NCBI GenBank assembly: GCA_965140785.1
Contig: OZ223496.1
Span: forward strand, 96,001-160,000
DNA length: 64,000 nt
Direction of reading: 5' to 3'
DNA from: an uncultured Ruficoccus sp.
Lineage (GTDB): Bacteria > Verrucomicrobiota > Verrucomicrobiia > Opitutales > Cerasicoccaceae
Below, one piece after another: positions 39,286-51,090 of this stretch; the stretch's first letter is position 1, and each line of letters starts with the position of its first letter. The position numbers and the translations under genes were made by a program. The notes under the pieces were generated by a model. It was not told where the DNA came from, searched no databases, and saw only the letters and a list, made by a program, of their open reading frames with translations.

Positions 39286-40320
39286 TTATCCTGCGGTCTT
39301 ACCCTCAAGGCTGGCAACCCTTTTAAACAGTTCAGGCAGCCGTTTGCTCAAAATGTCGATCCGGTGCTGGAGGGCGGCGGTGTTGGCGGGTGAACCACGG
39401 TAGTAGCCACCGGGCCGGGTGTCGTTGTGCAGCCCGGTCTGGGCGCCGATCACGCTGCCCTTGGCCAGCTTGAGGTGGCCGGTGATGCCGGCCTGCCCCG
39501 CTACGATCACAAAGTCCTCCAGCGTGGTGCTACCGGAGATGCCGGCCTGGGCCACGATGAGGCAGCCCTTGCCGATGACGACGTTGTGCGCGATCTGCAC
39601 GAGGTTGTCGATCTTGGTGCCCTCCCCGATCCGGGTGCTGCTGAAGCGCGCGCGGTCGATGGTGGCGTTGGCCCCGATCTCGACGTCGTTCTCAATTACG
39701 ACATTGCCGATCTGGGGAACTTTCTCGTGGACGCCCTCGTTCGTCTCAAAGCCGAACCCGTCCGAGCCTATGACCACGCCGGGATGGATACGCACCCGGT
39801 CGCCTACCTGGCAGTAGTCGCCGACGGAGACATGGGCGGAAAGGCGACAATGCTCGCCCACGGAGGCGTCGCGACCGATGGTGACGAGCGACTCCAGATT
39901 GGTCCCCGGCCCGATCTTCGCCCCGGCGCCGATGACGCAGTAAGGGCCGACCCAGGCACTGGGGTCCACCGAGGCGGATTCGTCGATGAAGGCGGTCGGG
40001 TGGACACCGGGGTCGGGCTGGGGCCAGAGCATGGCCTCAATCGCCCCGCACAGGCGGGCGAGCCCGAGGGAGGGATTCTCCAGCCGCACGAAAGCCTGGC
40101 CGGGAGCCGGCTTCCCTTCGTAGTCGTGAAAGAGCAGGATGACCGAGGCCTGGCACGCCTTGACGTCGGGGGTGTATTTGCGGTTCCCCAGAAACGCCAG
40201 GTCGCCCGGCTTGGCCTGAGCCAGCGAGGCGATGCCCGTGACGGGCTTGTCCGGCGAGCCTTCAACCACACCGTCCTGCACGATGGCAGTGATATCTTCC
40301 ATTTGGAAGGCGATCTTCAT
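39286..40320 (-). CDS. lpxD: UDP-3-O-acylglucosamine N-acyltransferase
   Basis: [30 protein letters not shown]. Confidence 0.96.
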   Translation of the reverse strand: MKIAFQMEDITAIVQDGVVEGSPDKPVTGIASLAQAKPGDLAFLGNRKYTPDVKACQASVILLFHDYEGKPAPGQAFVRLENPSLGLARLCGAIEAMLWPQPDPGVHPTAFIDESASVDPSAWVGPYCVIGAGAKIGPGTNLESLVTIGRDASVGEHCRLSAHVSVGDYCQVGDRVRIHPGVVIGSDGFGFETNEGVHEKVPQIGNVVIENDVEIGANATIDRARFSSTRIGEGTKIDNLVQIAHNVVIGKGCLIVAQAGISGSTTLEDFVIVAGQAGITGHLKLAKGSVIGAQTGLHNDTRPGGYYRGSPANTAALQHRIDILSKRLPELFKRVASLEGKTAG

Positions 40321-40358
40321 ACCGGGTATTGTCGCGATGAGGGCGGGGGCTGTAAAAC

Positions 40359-40393
40359 CAGAAAACTCCCTTCATCGTGAAGGGAGTTTTCTG
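40359..40393. terminator. Intrinsic terminator-like hairpin after skp
   Basis: CAGAAAACTCCCTTCA-TCG-TGAAGGGAGTTTTCTG. Confidence 0.7.
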
Positions 40394-40410
40394 AGAAATA
40401 AATCGTTGGG

Positions 40411-41010
40411 TTAGTTCGACTGGGAGGGAGGTGCAGCCGGAGCGGTGGTGGAGCTGGAACCACGGTCGGCATTGAGTTTGGCAAGGACCTCCTGAGTGAT
40501 ATCGAAGGACTCGTCGAAGTAAACCACGGCCATGCCCGCGCTGTTGAGCACGAGGTCGGCGCCCTTTTCTTTGGCGACCTTGATCACCTCTTCACGGATT
40601 TCGCTGATGTGCAGCTGGACGATAGACTGGCGGCGCTGCTGCAGCGTCTTTTCAGTCTGCTGGCGGTAGCGGTTGACTTCGGCTTCCTTTTCACGGATGG
40701 CCTTGGACTTTTCCAGGGCCTCGGCATTGTACTTTTCGCGGGCGGCTTCGGTCAGGGCTGGGTTGTTCATCTTGCCCTGGATGTCCTGAAGCTCGTTGGC
40801 CATGCCCATGCCTTCTTCGATCATCGCCTGGATTTCCTGCTGGGCGTTATCGACGGAGCTCTGGAATTTTTCATCGGCTTCCTGAGCCTTCCAGTAATTT
40901 TGATAAAGCTCGCCCATGTTGACGGTGACGACCATCGGGGTCTTTTGGGCCTGCAGGGCGCCAACGGCCAAAAAGGCGGCCATGAGAGTGAGGAGGAGTT
41001 TTTTCGTCAT
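40411..41010 (-). CDS. skp: Skp/OmpH periplasmic chaperone
   Basis: Signal peptide, coiled coil, VAKEKGADLVL, DITQEVL; bamA-skp-lpxD order. Confidence 0.9.
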   Translation of the reverse strand: MTKKLLLTLMAAFLAVGALQAQKTPMVVTVNMGELYQNYWKAQEADEKFQSSVDNAQQEIQAMIEEGMGMANELQDIQGKMNNPALTEAAREKYNAEALEKSKAIREKEAEVNRYRQQTEKTLQQRRQSIVQLHISEIREEVIKVAKEKGADLVLNSAGMAVVYFDESFDITQEVLAKLNADRGSSSTTAPAAPPSQSN

Positions 41011-41121
41011 GATGTGCGTGTATGCTAGAGTTATAGAAACTTGGAGTATGAAAAAATGAGAAAGTTCCAAGGTGCCGCGAAAGCCGGGGAGGTTCAACCC
41101 CGAATTTCTCGCGCCCGGAGC

Positions 41122-43487
41122 CTAGAAAACCGTGCCGAAGGAGAAGTTGAACTGCATCCCCTTGTCGTTAAACTCGTCGCTCGTGAGCGGGAAGCCGAAG
41201 TCGATATTCAGCGGAGCTCCCATCAACAGGAGACGGAAACCAAAGCCATAGTCGTCATTGTAGGCGCTGGGGTCCCAGTTCAAATCGCCCGAGTTGACGT
41301 AGCCCCAGTCATAGAAAAGGGCAAAGCGCAGGGGCTCAAGGATTTGGAAGGTATACTCCATTGAGGCGTAGGCCATCGTATTGCCCCCCAGCTCATCGCC
41401 ATAACCGGGCTGGCTCGGGTCCGTCTGCTTCGGACCGACATCGCGGTACTGGAAGCCGCGCAAGCTGTAGGGACCGCCGAGGAAGAACTGGTCCAGGAAC
41501 GGAACGGTGTTGTTGTCGTAGGGGATGACCGTGCCGGTCCGGCCCCGGAAACTGATCACCTGATTGGCCCAGTCGAAAGTTTTAATCCAAATCGCCCCCG
41601 AAACCGTCTGACGCACGTAATCGGTCTGCCCGCCCAGCGGGCCACCGGCAAACTCGGTCAAGCTCTCCAGACGCGTCCCGCGATCCGGAAAAATAAGGTT
41701 GTTACGGGTGTCACGCAGAAGTTCGAAGCCGATCTTGGAGACGCTGCGGTTGCCCTGCTGCTGCTGAATCGGTAACGGCGCGCTGCTGGAGACATCCTTC
41801 AAATCAACCTCCTCGACCGTGTAGGACAGCTTACCCTCCACCAGTTCGAAGAGACGCTTGCGCAGGTAAAAGGTCGCCCCCATCCGAAGTTCGTTATAGT
41901 TGACGGACAGGTAGTTGGACTCGGTTCGGTAGAGTTGGAAGCCGCCCGCCAACTCGCGCTCCCACAGCCAGGGCTCCTCAAAGGCGAGCAGCACCTGGTT
42001 CGACTTCGAGCCGATGGAGATTCGCAGTCGGAACTTCTGGCCGTCGCCCTGAAACCAGTTACTGGGGCTGAAGATGTCGAAATTACTCTGGGACAACTCG
42101 ACGAAGCCGACGATCGACTCGACCGAGCTGAAGCCCGCCCCGAAGGTCAGGTTACCCGTCTGCCCCTCTTTGACCGTGATGCGCAGGTTACGCCGGCCGG
42201 GGATGTTGGTCGCCTCGGGGAGAGGCGGACCTCGTCGAAGAAGCGGGTGTTCTCCAGGCGGGCCTGGCTGCTTTTCATCCGCACCAGGTCAAAGGTGTCG
42301 CCGGGGGCCAGGGCCAGCTCGCGCACGATGACGCGGCTCTTGGTCTTGGTGTTGCCTTGCAGGTTGATGCTCTCGACGTAGAAGCGGTCCCCCTCGGTGA
42401 TGACGAACTTGAGGTCGATAGTGCCGCCCTCGATGTTCGGGTAGCGCTCGACGCGCACAAAGGTGTCCAGATAACCGACCTGGCCGTAGTAGTCCTTGAG
42501 AATCTCGATGTTCTGGTCGATGGCGCTCGGGGAGAACGGATCGCCGGTACGGATAGACATGACCCGCAGCAGTTCATCGGTCGGGAAGAGCTTGTTGTCT
42601 TCGATGTTAATGTCGCCGATGTAGTAGCGCCGTCCTTCGTGAACGTGGATGACAATGTTCAGCTCACCGCTGTCCGGGTACTCCAGCACGACTTCGGACT
42701 CGGGGATTTCCACGTCCAGGTAGCCGAGGTCCTTATAATAAGTGCGGAGTTTCTCCAAGTCGTCCTGGAAAATCTCTTCCTGCAGGCGCCCCGTGCCCAT
42801 GATCCAGGAAATCAGCCAGATGTAGTCGGTGGTTTCCATCTGGTTGAGCAAGTCGCTGGAGTCCACGTGATCGTTGCCGACAAACTCGATGTCGTTGATC
42901 TCCAGGCGGTCGCCCTCGTCGATATTGAAAATGACCACGCCGGTACCGAGCTGCTCGTTGCGCTCGATGTCGTAGGAGACCTTGGCGTTGGTGTAGCCCC
43001 GCTTCTGCAGGTAGTGGTAAAGCTTGGTCGCGTCGCGCTTGACCTGGACCTCATCCAGCGGCAGCCCCACCTGGCTCTCGATCTCGTCCTGCAGGTCGCT
43101 GTCGTCCTCGCCTTTGTTACCCTCGAAAAGAATCTGGGAGACGCGGTACTTGGGGACCACGATAAAGGCGACGGCCAGACGCTCGTCCGGCAGCGCCTGA
43201 CGGCGCACCTCGATAAATTCAAAGTTCCCCGTCTGATAAAGGGCACGAATCGACTGATCGACCAGGTTTTGGCTAAAAGGTTCGCCCACGCGCAGGCGCA
43301 CGTGCGCCATGATATTTTCTTCGCTGACGGTCTTAACGCCCTCGAAAATAACCTCTATCTCACCCACTACCGGTTCCGAATCCTGCGCCAGCTGGGCGGA
43401 AGCCGAGCGGGGGAGGAAAACAGAAATTAATAGTGCGAGAACGAGAAAGTAGCGAAGCCTAAGCAGAGTGTCTCTGTGAATTTTCAA
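41122..43487 (-). CDS. bamA: Outer membrane protein assembly factor BamA, split by a 1-nt frameshift
   Basis: POTRA repeats (GNTKTKSRVIVREL), LRGF motif, terminal F; adding one base to the G run 42217-42220 restores [34 protein letters not shown]. Confidence 0.92.
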
Positions 43488-44877
43488 AACGCGTCAGGTG
43501 CTTGATGAAGTATAAGGGAACAGTTCCTATGGGTCCGTTTCGCTGTTTGGCAACGATTAAATCCCGCGCTACAGCTTCTGCGGCCATTTCTTCTTCCTCG
43601 TTATGGTCCCGGGTTTTAGACAAAAGCAGGACCACATCGGCGTCCTGCTCGATGGAACCGGACTCGCGCAGGTCGGAAATGCGGGGCTGGCGCTTCTCTT
43701 TTTCGGCCTCGCGGTTGAGCTGGGCCAGCACGATGACCGGCACGCGCAGCTCCTTGGCCATGCCCTTCATGCCGCGGGAAATTTCCGCGATCTGCTGCTC
43801 GCGCGGGACCCGGGAGTCCGTGCCGTTGACGAGCTGGATGTAGTCGACGGCGATGAGGCCGAGTTTGCCCTTCATCTGGCTGGCCACGCGGCGGGCTTTG
43901 GCCCGCAGCTCCAGGATGTTCAGGCCGGAGGAGTCGTCGATCATGAGCGGGGCGCCCTTGAGCTCCTGGGCGGCCCGGACGATGTCCTGCTGCTTTTCCT
44001 TGGGCACGAAGCCGTCGCGCAGCTTGGTCATGTTGACCCGGGCCCGGGAGCAGAGCAGACGCATGGCCAGCTGCTCGGCGGGCATTTCCAGCGAAAACAT
44101 CAGCGCCCCGGTCGCTTCATGGCCCGGACGGGGGCAGATGGCCGGCTCGATCATGTTGAGCGCGATGGAGGTCTTACCCATCGAGGGACGGGCGGCGACG
44201 ACGATCATTTCGCCCTCGTGCCAGCCGGTGGTCATCTTGTCCAGGTCGGCAAAGCCGGTCGTCACCCCGGTGATCTCGCCCTTGTTCTGGATCAGGTTGT
44301 TGACCAGCTGGACGGCGTCGTCGATGGATTTTTCCAGCGGCTGGGCAGCGTCAACAATGCGGTTCTCGCTGATGGCGAAGATGTTCTGCTCGGCCTTTTC
44401 CAGAAAGGCGGCCACGTCCTGTGTCTCGTCATAGGCGCCCTCGATGGCTTCGTTGGAGAGACGGATGACCTCGCGCAGCAGGTAGGTGTCGCGCACGCGC
44501 TGGATGTAGTAGGTCAGGTGCGCGTGCGTGTCGATGCGATTGGAAAGCTCGATCAGGTAGGCGTCGCCGCCGACGGCCTCGAAGTTGCCGTCCTTGCGCA
44601 GACGGTCGCCGAGGGTGATCTCGTCGATGGGGTCCTGCTTTTCGTACAGGTGCATCATCGACTGGAAAATCATCTGGTGGCGGGCGTTATAGAAGCACAC
44701 GTCCTTGATGCGCTCCTGCACACACATCCCCATCGTCTCGTTGCCCCCCTCCAGGATGATGCAGCCCAGCAGGGCCTGCTCCATGTCGATGCTGTAGGGG
44801 ACGCGCCGGGACGCGGCGGGGGACTCCCGGCGACGGGGCCCTTCGGAGGAGGGTTGGAAAGATGCGACGTTAGCCAT
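43459..44877 (-). CDS. dnaB: Replicative DNA helicase
   Basis: AARPSMGKT, FSLEM, VDYIQL, SDLRESGSIEQDAD, AKQRNGP. Confidence 0.97.
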   Translation of the reverse strand: MANVASFQPSSEGPRRRESPAASRRVPYSIDMEQALLGCIILEGGNETMGMCVQERIKDVCFYNARHQMIFQSMMHLYEKQDPIDEITLGDRLRKDGNFEAVGGDAYLIELSNRIDTHAHLTYYIQRVRDTYLLREVIRLSNEAIEGAYDETQDVAAFLEKAEQNIFAISENRIVDAAQPLEKSIDDAVQLVNNLIQNKGEITGVTTGFADLDKMTTGWHEGEMIVVAARPSMGKTSIALNMIEPAICPRPGHEATGALMFSLEMPAEQLAMRLLCSRARVNMTKLRDGFVPKEKQQDIVRAAQELKGAPLMIDDSSGLNILELRAKARRVASQMKGKLGLIAVDYIQLVNGTDSRVPREQQIAEISRGMKGMAKELRVPVIVLAQLNREAEKEKRQPRISDLRESGSIEQDADVVLLLSKTRDHNEEEEMAAEAVARDLIVAKQRNGPIGTVPLYFIKHLTRFENSQRHSA

Positions 44878-45008
44878 AGCAAAAGAGAAAACGCAACTGA
44901 GCGGGCGGCTCGTTTCAGCCGGGCGGCCCGTCGTTACGTCGGTGAGGCAAGAGACAAACTTAACCTATGCCGACAAGCAATCAGGAGTTTTTAAAATCGA
45001 TTCCCAAC

Positions 45009-45094
45009 TTATTAACAGCGCGGCCCCAAAACCTTTCTACTCCGGCCTCCTCCCCCCCCAGTTATCCACATCGATTTGTGAATAGGGGGAATAA
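45009..45094. promoter_or_regulatory. DnaA-box cluster upstream of dnaB
   Basis: TTATCCACA 45062-45070 (perfect); TTATTAACA 45009-45017; inverted TGTGAATAG 45077-45085 and GGGGAATAA 45086-45094. Confidence 0.55.
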
Positions 45095-45161
45095 GTCCCT
45101 TGTTTTCGGGGTATTTAGGACGTTTTAGCCCCGATCGGTGACAGCGCCGGTAAATTTTTCT

Positions 45162-45788
45162 TTAAAAATCGATCCGGCGCGCGTCGCTTTCGGGGTACGG
45201 GTACTCCATATGGCGGGCGGTGGCGCGGGCCACAGCCTCCCCCTGGGTCTCGGCCACAAGGTTCAGCGTGAGGTCGAGCCCGGCGGAAATCCCGGCCGAG
45301 GTCCAGAGCTTGCCGTCGCGGACAAAGTGCTTGTCGGGGACGACTTCGCAGGCCGGGAACAGCTCCCGCATCCAATCCAGCACCTGCCAGTGCGTGGTGG
45401 CGCGGCAGCCATCGAGAAAACCGGCCCGCCCCAGCAAAATCGACCCGGTGCAGACCGACGCCAGGATGGACGCCTGCTGTCCGCGCTCGCGGAGCCAGTC
45501 GATAAAGGCGGGGTTGTCGATCTCGCGGCGCGTCCCCCACCCGCCCGGCACGAGCAGGATGTCCAGCGGAGGACAGTCGGCAAACGTACACATCGGCGTC
45601 ACCGTCATGCCGCCCGTCGTCCGGACGGGGCCGGGCTTTTCCGCCACCAGCCGCACATCGAAGGGCGACTCGGTCTCCCGGCGCTTATCCGGGTCCAGCC
45701 GCGTGACCGAAAACACCTCGAACGGCCCGCAAAAGTCGAGCACCTCGACCTCATCAAAAATCACAATCCCGACTGTCTGGCTTTGCAT
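45162..45788 (-). CDS. DJ-1/PfpI-family protein
   Basis: EVLDFCGPFEVF, LLVPGG, SVCTG, TSAGISAGLD. Confidence 0.92.
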   Translation of the reverse strand: MQSQTVGIVIFDEVEVLDFCGPFEVFSVTRLDPDKRRETESPFDVRLVAEKPGPVRTTGGMTVTPMCTFADCPPLDILLVPGGWGTRREIDNPAFIDWLRERGQQASILASVCTGSILLGRAGFLDGCRATTHWQVLDWMRELFPACEVVPDKHFVRDGKLWTSAGISAGLDLTLNLVAETQGEAVARATARHMEYPYPESDARRIDF

Positions 45789-45855
45789 GCCTTACCATTC
45801 GGCCACGTTTCACCCACTGTCAAAGCGATCCTTCTGATCTTCCTCACAGGAAGAA

Positions 45856-46278
45856 TCACTCTTTCAGCTTTTCACTAATATCAGGAGTCAGCCAAGCAGT
45901 CACCTTCTCTTTGGTGATGAGAAAAATACCCTTATAGTCGCCAGCATACATCAGACTGTCCCGGATCGCATCCATGACCTCAATCTTGACTAACCAGTAT
46001 GCCCGAAGCGTACCTACCAGGCTGACCATCTTCATCAGGAACGCACGGCTGAAGGCGCTGTAATTGCTAAAAACGAAAACAAAGTGTCCATCGCTCTCTT
46101 CATCATAAACGGTATAGTCCCAGCCATACTTCCATTGCTCTCCGAGTTGATCGTTCTCGAAAGCACGCAACTTCACCAAATCTGCATCAAGGTCTTCGAC
46201 CGCATCATCAACCAGTTCGAGAGCGTTGAGCTCCGCCTCGTAACGATCCCAAATTTGATCTTCGCTGACAGTTTCCAT
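45856..46278 (-). CDS. Hypothetical acidic protein
   Basis: Open frame, visibly more AT-rich than the flanks; no recognised motif. Confidence 0.5.
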   Translation of the reverse strand: METVSEDQIWDRYEAELNALELVDDAVEDLDADLVKLRAFENDQLGEQWKYGWDYTVYDEESDGHFVFVFSNYSAFSRAFLMKMVSLVGTLRAYWLVKIEVMDAIRDSLMYAGDYKGIFLITKEKVTAWLTPDISEKLKE

Positions 46279-46465
46279 ATCCCAGAACAGCAAAAACAAT
46301 GACGCGCAACCGTTAGTATCCAAGCTAAAACAGACACCTATGCATCGCCTCCTCCGGCAGTAAGCCGGAGGCTTTGAAAGACAGTGTTTTTGACTTAGCC
46401 CTCTCAGACCTGAATCAAGTCAGAACCGGGCAGGCGCCTTTCTGGCTTCGCGAGAACACCAACCG

Positions 46466-47101
46466 TCAAGACACGCGTTGCATGAAGGATAAATCGCTCA
46501 TGCAGCGAATCACTCGCCGGCCCTCGGCCGTCTGGTGCAGGAAGCTCACGCCTCCACTAAGCCCGTAGAGATCGCCCCCGTTGAGGAACTCCGGGTCTTG
46601 CCGCAGCCACATCGCGTTGAACAACGCCAGGGTGTCGCCATGCGAGACGATGACGACCGTTTCGGCCTCACTTGTGATCAACTCGTCATAAAACGGGTAG
46701 AGACGGTTCCAGAGGTCGCGGCGCGACTCCGCGTCGGAAAAGCAGCGGTCATCAATCGTTCGCTCGGGCTGCTCCATGTTCTCGCGCAACCACTCCACGG
46801 ATTGGCCGACCGCCGCGCCCAGGTTGCGTTCGCGCAGACGGTTGGAAAACACCGGGACGACATCAAGCTGCGCCGCCACTGCCTCCGCCGTTTGCCGCGT
46901 GCGCTGCAGCGGCGAAGAGAAGAGAGCGCAACGCCGCGCGCCCAGCTCCCGCCCGAGATTACGGGCGATAGCCGCCGCCTGTTCCAGCCCCCGCTCGGTC
47001 AGCGGCCAGTCTTTCCACGAGCCAACCATTCCGTTGGTGTGATGCTCGGATTCGGGGTGCTGGATGGTCACAATGGTCTTGGGCTGCGCGGGCGTATCCA
47101 T
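46466..47101 (-). CDS. Histidine phosphatase family protein
   Basis: IQHPES (variant of RHG), LTERG, SSPLQR, LRERNLG, VSHG. Confidence 0.85.
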   Translation of the reverse strand: MDTPAQPKTIVTIQHPESEHHTNGMVGSWKDWPLTERGLEQAAAIARNLGRELGARRCALFSSPLQRTRQTAEAVAAQLDVVPVFSNRLRERNLGAAVGQSVEWLRENMEQPERTIDDRCFSDAESRRDLWNRLYPFYDELITSEAETVVIVSHGDTLALFNAMWLRQDPEFLNGGDLYGLSGGVSFLHQTAEGRRVIRCMSDLSFMQRVS

Positions 47102-47274
47102 AGCCCCAAAGACCTCTCCCATCCTCCCCTCACCGTCAACGCCCATCTGCCGCACCAAACAAAGACATCACCAAACCCCGAGCTTGGAGATCGCATCCCT
47201 CAAGCATCCCCGTCAACCCCCTCCCAAGCAGTCAACATCCCCGGCGCTTCCACCTGCCTCCCTTCAACACCCAC

Positions 47275-47306
47275 AAAAAAGCCCCCGGCGGTGAGCCGGA
47301 GGCTTT
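47275..47306 (-). terminator. clpC intrinsic terminator
   Basis: Minus strand AAAGCCTCCGGC-TCACC-GCCGGGGGCTTTTTT. Confidence 0.75.
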
Positions 47307-47412
47307 GAAATTTTGCTGGATCGATGAACTCTGTCTGGCGCGTGATCCGGGGCAGCCGCCTGTCTGGCGGCGATGGGGCAGCGCCCCATCATTGCCCGCG
47401 GGTGCAACCCGC

Positions 47413-49905
47413 TTAGCCGACGGCGGTGGTCTGGGTGAAGACCAGCTTGTCGCCGTCGAGGGTGACATTGATCGGGTCACCGGCCTTGACCTCTCCGCGC
47501 AGGATGGCTTCGGCCAACGGGTCCTCGAGGTGGCGTTCGACCGCGCGGCGCAGCGGACGCGCGCCGTACTTTTCGTCGTAGCCGTTCTCGATGAGGAACT
47601 CCTTGGCCGGGGTGTCCACCTTGATGTGGATGTCCTGGTTTTTGAGGCGCTTCTCGACCTTGGTCAGCTCGAGATCGACGATCTTGATCATGTGCTCCTT
47701 GGAGAGCGGGCGGAAGATCACGATCTCGGTCAGGCGGTTGAGGAACTCGGGCTTGAAGACACGCTTGGTCTCGTCGAGGATCCGGTCCTTGGCCTTGTCG
47801 AAGTCGCGCATCGTGTCGATGCCCATGTCAAAGCCCATATTCCCGTTCTTCTGGAGGATATCGGCCCCGACGTTCGAGGTCATGATCAGGATCGTGTTGC
47901 GGAAGTCCACCGTGCGGCCGAGGCTGTCGGTCAGGCGACCGTCTTCCAGGACCTGCAGGAGGAGCTGGACGACGTCCGGGTGGGCCTTTTCGATCTCGTC
48001 GAAGAGGATGCACGAGTACGGCTTGCGGCGAACGGCCTCGGTGAGCTGGCCGCCCTCCTCGTACCCGACGTAGCCCGGGGGCGAGCCGATCAGTCGGCTG
48101 ACCGCGAACTTCTCCATGTACTCGGACATGTCGATCTGGATGAGCGAATCCATGTCGCCGAACATCTGCTCGGCCAGGATCTTGGCCAGGTGGGTCTTCC
48201 CCACCCCGGTCGGTCCCATGAACATGAACGAGCCGATCGGGCGGCGCGGGTCCTTGAGGTCGGCGCGCGAGCGGCGCAGGGCCTTGGCGATGACCTCGGT
48301 GGCCGGGTCCTGCCCGATGATGACCTTCTGAAGTTCGCTTTCGAGGGCGAGCAGCTTCTTGCTCTCGGCCTGCTCCATGCGGGTGAGCGGGATGCCGGTC
48401 CAGTCGGAGACCACGCGGTGCAGGTCGTCCACGTCAACCGTGATCTGCTGCTCCTCGCGGTTCTGCTTCCACTCCTCGATCATCTCCTCGCGCTTGGCGC
48501 GGAGCTGCTTCTCGCGGTCGCGGTACTTGGCGGCTTCCTCGAAATGCTGCTTGCTGATGGCGTCTTCCTTCTGCGTGCAGACCTCCTCGATCTCCTTCGC
48601 CATGTCCTCGATTTCGGGCGGGCGGTTGAGCGAGTCGATCCGGGCGCGGGAACCGGCCTCGTCGAGCACGTCAATCGCCTTGTCCGGCAGGAACCGGGCG
48701 GTGATGTAACGGTCGGAGAGCTTGGCGGCGGCTTCGAGGGCCTCGTCGGTGTAAATGACCTTGTGGTGATCCTCGTACTTGCTGCGGATGCCCTTCAGGA
48801 TCTTGACCGTGTCCTCGATGTTCGGGGCCTCGACCTTGACCGACTGGAAGCGGCGATCCAGGGCGCTGTCCTTTTCGATGTACTTGCGGTACTCGGCCAG
48901 GGTGGTGGCACCGATGCACTGCAACTCGCCGCGGCTGAGGGCGGGCTTGAAGATGTTCGAGGCGTCCATGGCGCCTTCGGCGGCACCGGCCCCGACGATC
49001 GTGTGCAGCTCGTCGATGAAGATGATGATGTTCTTGGCGCGGCGGATTTCGTCCATCACGGCCTTGATCCGCTCCTCGAACTGGCCGCGGTACTTGGTCC
49101 CGGCCACCATGAGGGCGAGGTCGAGCGTGATGACGCGCTTGTCCGCCAGCAGTTCGGGAACGATGCCCGAGGAAATTTCCTGCGCCAGCCCTTCGACGAT
49201 GGCCGTCTTACCGACCCCGGCTTCCCCGATGAGGACCGGGTTGTTCTTGGTGCGGCGGCAGAGGATCTGAATGACCCTGCGAATTTCCTGCTTGCGCCCA
49301 ATGACCGGGTCTAGCTCGCCGTTGCGGGCCAGCTCGGTCAGGTCGCGTCCGAAAGCCTTCAGGGCCGGGGTCTTGACCTCTTTCTTTTCCTCGGCGGCGC
49401 TGGCCTGGGTCGGGCCCGAGCCCGCTCCGGTCGGCTCCTCGCCGGGCTCGCCGGCGAAGTTCGGGTCCAGTTCGGCCAAAATGGCGTTGCGGCACTGTTC
49501 GATGTCCACGTCCAGGCTTTTGAGGACGCGGGCGGCCACCCCTTCGCCTTCGCGCAGAAGGCCGAGCAGGATGTGTTCGGTGCCGATATAGGAATGGTTC
49601 AGCGCCTTGGCTTCCTTACCGGCGAGGGCGAGGACCTTTTTGACGCGGGGGGTATAGGGGATGTTGCCACTGGGCTTGGTTTCAGGCCCGGTGCCGACCT
49701 GCTTCTCGACGGCGGAACGGACCGTTTCCAGGTCCAGACCCATCTTTTGCAGGACGTTCACGGCCACCCCCTGGCCAAGGTTAATGAGTCCGAGCAGCAG
49801 GTGCTCGGTCCCGACATAATTATGATGAAAACGGTCAGCCTCCTTGCGCGCGAGCGCCAGGACCTGCTGGGCACGGGGGGTGAAGTTGTTCATTGGCTCC
49901 GGCAT
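47413..49905 (-). CDS. clpC: ATP-dependent Clp protease ATP-binding subunit ClpC
   Basis: Two Clp-N repeats, [11 protein letters not shown] coiled coil, [19 protein letters not shown]. Confidence 0.97.
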   Translation of the reverse strand: MPEPMNNFTPRAQQVLALARKEADRFHHNYVGTEHLLLGLINLGQGVAVNVLQKMGLDLETVRSAVEKQVGTGPETKPSGNIPYTPRVKKVLALAGKEAKALNHSYIGTEHILLGLLREGEGVAARVLKSLDVDIEQCRNAILAELDPNFAGEPGEEPTGAGSGPTQASAAEEKKEVKTPALKAFGRDLTELARNGELDPVIGRKQEIRRVIQILCRRTKNNPVLIGEAGVGKTAIVEGLAQEISSGIVPELLADKRVITLDLALMVAGTKYRGQFEERIKAVMDEIRRAKNIIIFIDELHTIVGAGAAEGAMDASNIFKPALSRGELQCIGATTLAEYRKYIEKDSALDRRFQSVKVEAPNIEDTVKILKGIRSKYEDHHKVIYTDEALEAAAKLSDRYITARFLPDKAIDVLDEAGSRARIDSLNRPPEIEDMAKEIEEVCTQKEDAISKQHFEEAAKYRDREKQLRAKREEMIEEWKQNREEQQITVDVDDLHRVVSDWTGIPLTRMEQAESKKLLALESELQKVIIGQDPATEVIAKALRRSRADLKDPRRPIGSFMFMGPTGVGKTHLAKILAEQMFGDMDSLIQIDMSEYMEKFAVSRLIGSPPGYVGYEEGGQLTEAVRRKPYSCILFDEIEKAHPDVVQLLLQVLEDGRLTDSLGRTVDFRNTILIMTSNVGADILQKNGNMGFDMGIDTMRDFDKAKDRILDETKRVFKPEFLNRLTEIVIFRPLSKEHMIKIVDLELTKVEKRLKNQDIHIKVDTPAKEFLIENGYDEKYGARPLRRAVERHLEDPLAEAILRGEVKAGDPINVTLDGDKLVFTQTTAVG

Positions 49906-50004
49906 GTGATTATAGTCGTAAGGGATCGTTTATCATTTCACGTTATTTGTCAAAAGCATGGGACTAATAGTGAGTTAGAATGTGCCATGCTCGTTTTGTT
50001 CATT

Positions 50005-51087
50005 TCACTCAAAGGTCAGAGGCGGGATGCGACCGATTTCTTCCCGTAAAAGTCGGGCACGGGCCGTGTCGCGCATGTCGCTCTCAATCGGTTCGAACGC
50101 GGCCAGCTGGATATGGCCGGGCTGCATTTCAATCAACAGGCGGTCCACCGGGACACGCCAGGTTTCGGCGATGAACCCGCAGTCGATGCCAAATCTCAGG
50201 AGCGACAGGTGGTTCATAGCTTCAGCAGAGCTTAAAAGATGCCCGTTTTGCAAAATTCCGTAGGCGCGGCCAATCTTGTCGCGAATTTTCTCCGGTTTGA
50301 GCTCCAGCAGGCGTTCACGGGCGTTCTTCTCCTGCTCGATAATGGAGCTGATCGCCTCGCGCTCCAAGCGCTCGATAATGTCGTTCTCGCTCTCGCCCAG
50401 GGTCTGCTGGTTGGAAATCTGGAAAATGCTGCCCGAGGCATCCGAGCCCTCGCCGAAAAGCCCGCGCACGACCATGCCCATCTGGTTGACGGCGCGGATG
50501 ACTTTTTCCATGTCGTTGGCCATGACGAGACCGGGCAAATGCATCATGACCGAAGCGCGCATGCCGGTTCCCAGGTTGGTCGGGCAGGCGGTCAGGTAGC
50601 CCAGGTCCTCGGAAAAGGCGAAGTCGAGCAGGCTCTCAAGCTGGTTGTCGATGGCGTCGATAATCTGCCAAATATCCTCGAAACCGCGCCCGGTGCGCAG
50701 CACCTGGATGCGCAGGTGGTCCTCCTCGTTGATCATGATCGAGCAGGCCTGGTCGCGGCTGATGATGACCCCGGCGGATTCCTCCCCCTGGGACAGCTCG
50801 CGGCTGATCAGGTGGCGCTCGACCAGGACCTGGCGCTCCAGCTCAGAAAGTTCGTTCAGGTGCAGGACAGTGCCCTTCTGCATCTGCGGCAACTGTGCCA
50901 CGGCCTTTTCACAGGCGGCCAGAATTTCCCGGCGCTGGGTCTTTTTGGCCCAGCCGGGAAAGGCGCGCCCGTCGAGGTTGCGCGCGAGGCGAATGCGGGA
51001 ACTCATCACGATGGGTTCCCCCGGTGCCCCGCCGCTGGTCAGTTCGGCGTTGGCGTCGAGAAGGGGTTTTATCGTCATCGAATTCAA
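50005..51087 (-). CDS. mcsB: Protein arginine kinase
   Basis: SSRIRLARN, NEEDH, CPTNLGTG, QISNQ. Confidence 0.95.
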   Translation of the reverse strand: MNSMTIKPLLDANAELTSGGAPGEPIVMSSRIRLARNLDGRAFPGWAKKTQRREILAACEKAVAQLPQMQKGTVLHLNELSELERQVLVERHLISRELSQGEESAGVIISRDQACSIMINEEDHLRIQVLRTGRGFEDIWQIIDAIDNQLESLLDFAFSEDLGYLTACPTNLGTGMRASVMMHLPGLVMANDMEKVIRAVNQMGMVVRGLFGEGSDASGSIFQISNQQTLGESENDIIERLEREAISSIIEQEKNARERLLELKPEKIRDKIGRAYGILQNGHLLSSAEAMNHLSLLRFGIDCGFIAETWRVPVDRLLIEMQPGHIQLAAFEPIESDMRDTARARLLREEIGRIPPLTFE

Positions 51088-51090
51088 AGA

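Noticed and set aside
42147..42230. Programmed frameshift or natural split in bamA
   Set aside because: One missing base in a short homopolymer, no slippery heptamer, and many similar indels nearby point to sequencing error
47305..49314. 669-aa plus-strand ORF and similar long antisense ORFs (43603-44994, 22434-23921, 50239-51594)
   Set aside because: They mirror well-supported genes; long antisense frames are expected with high-GC codon bias
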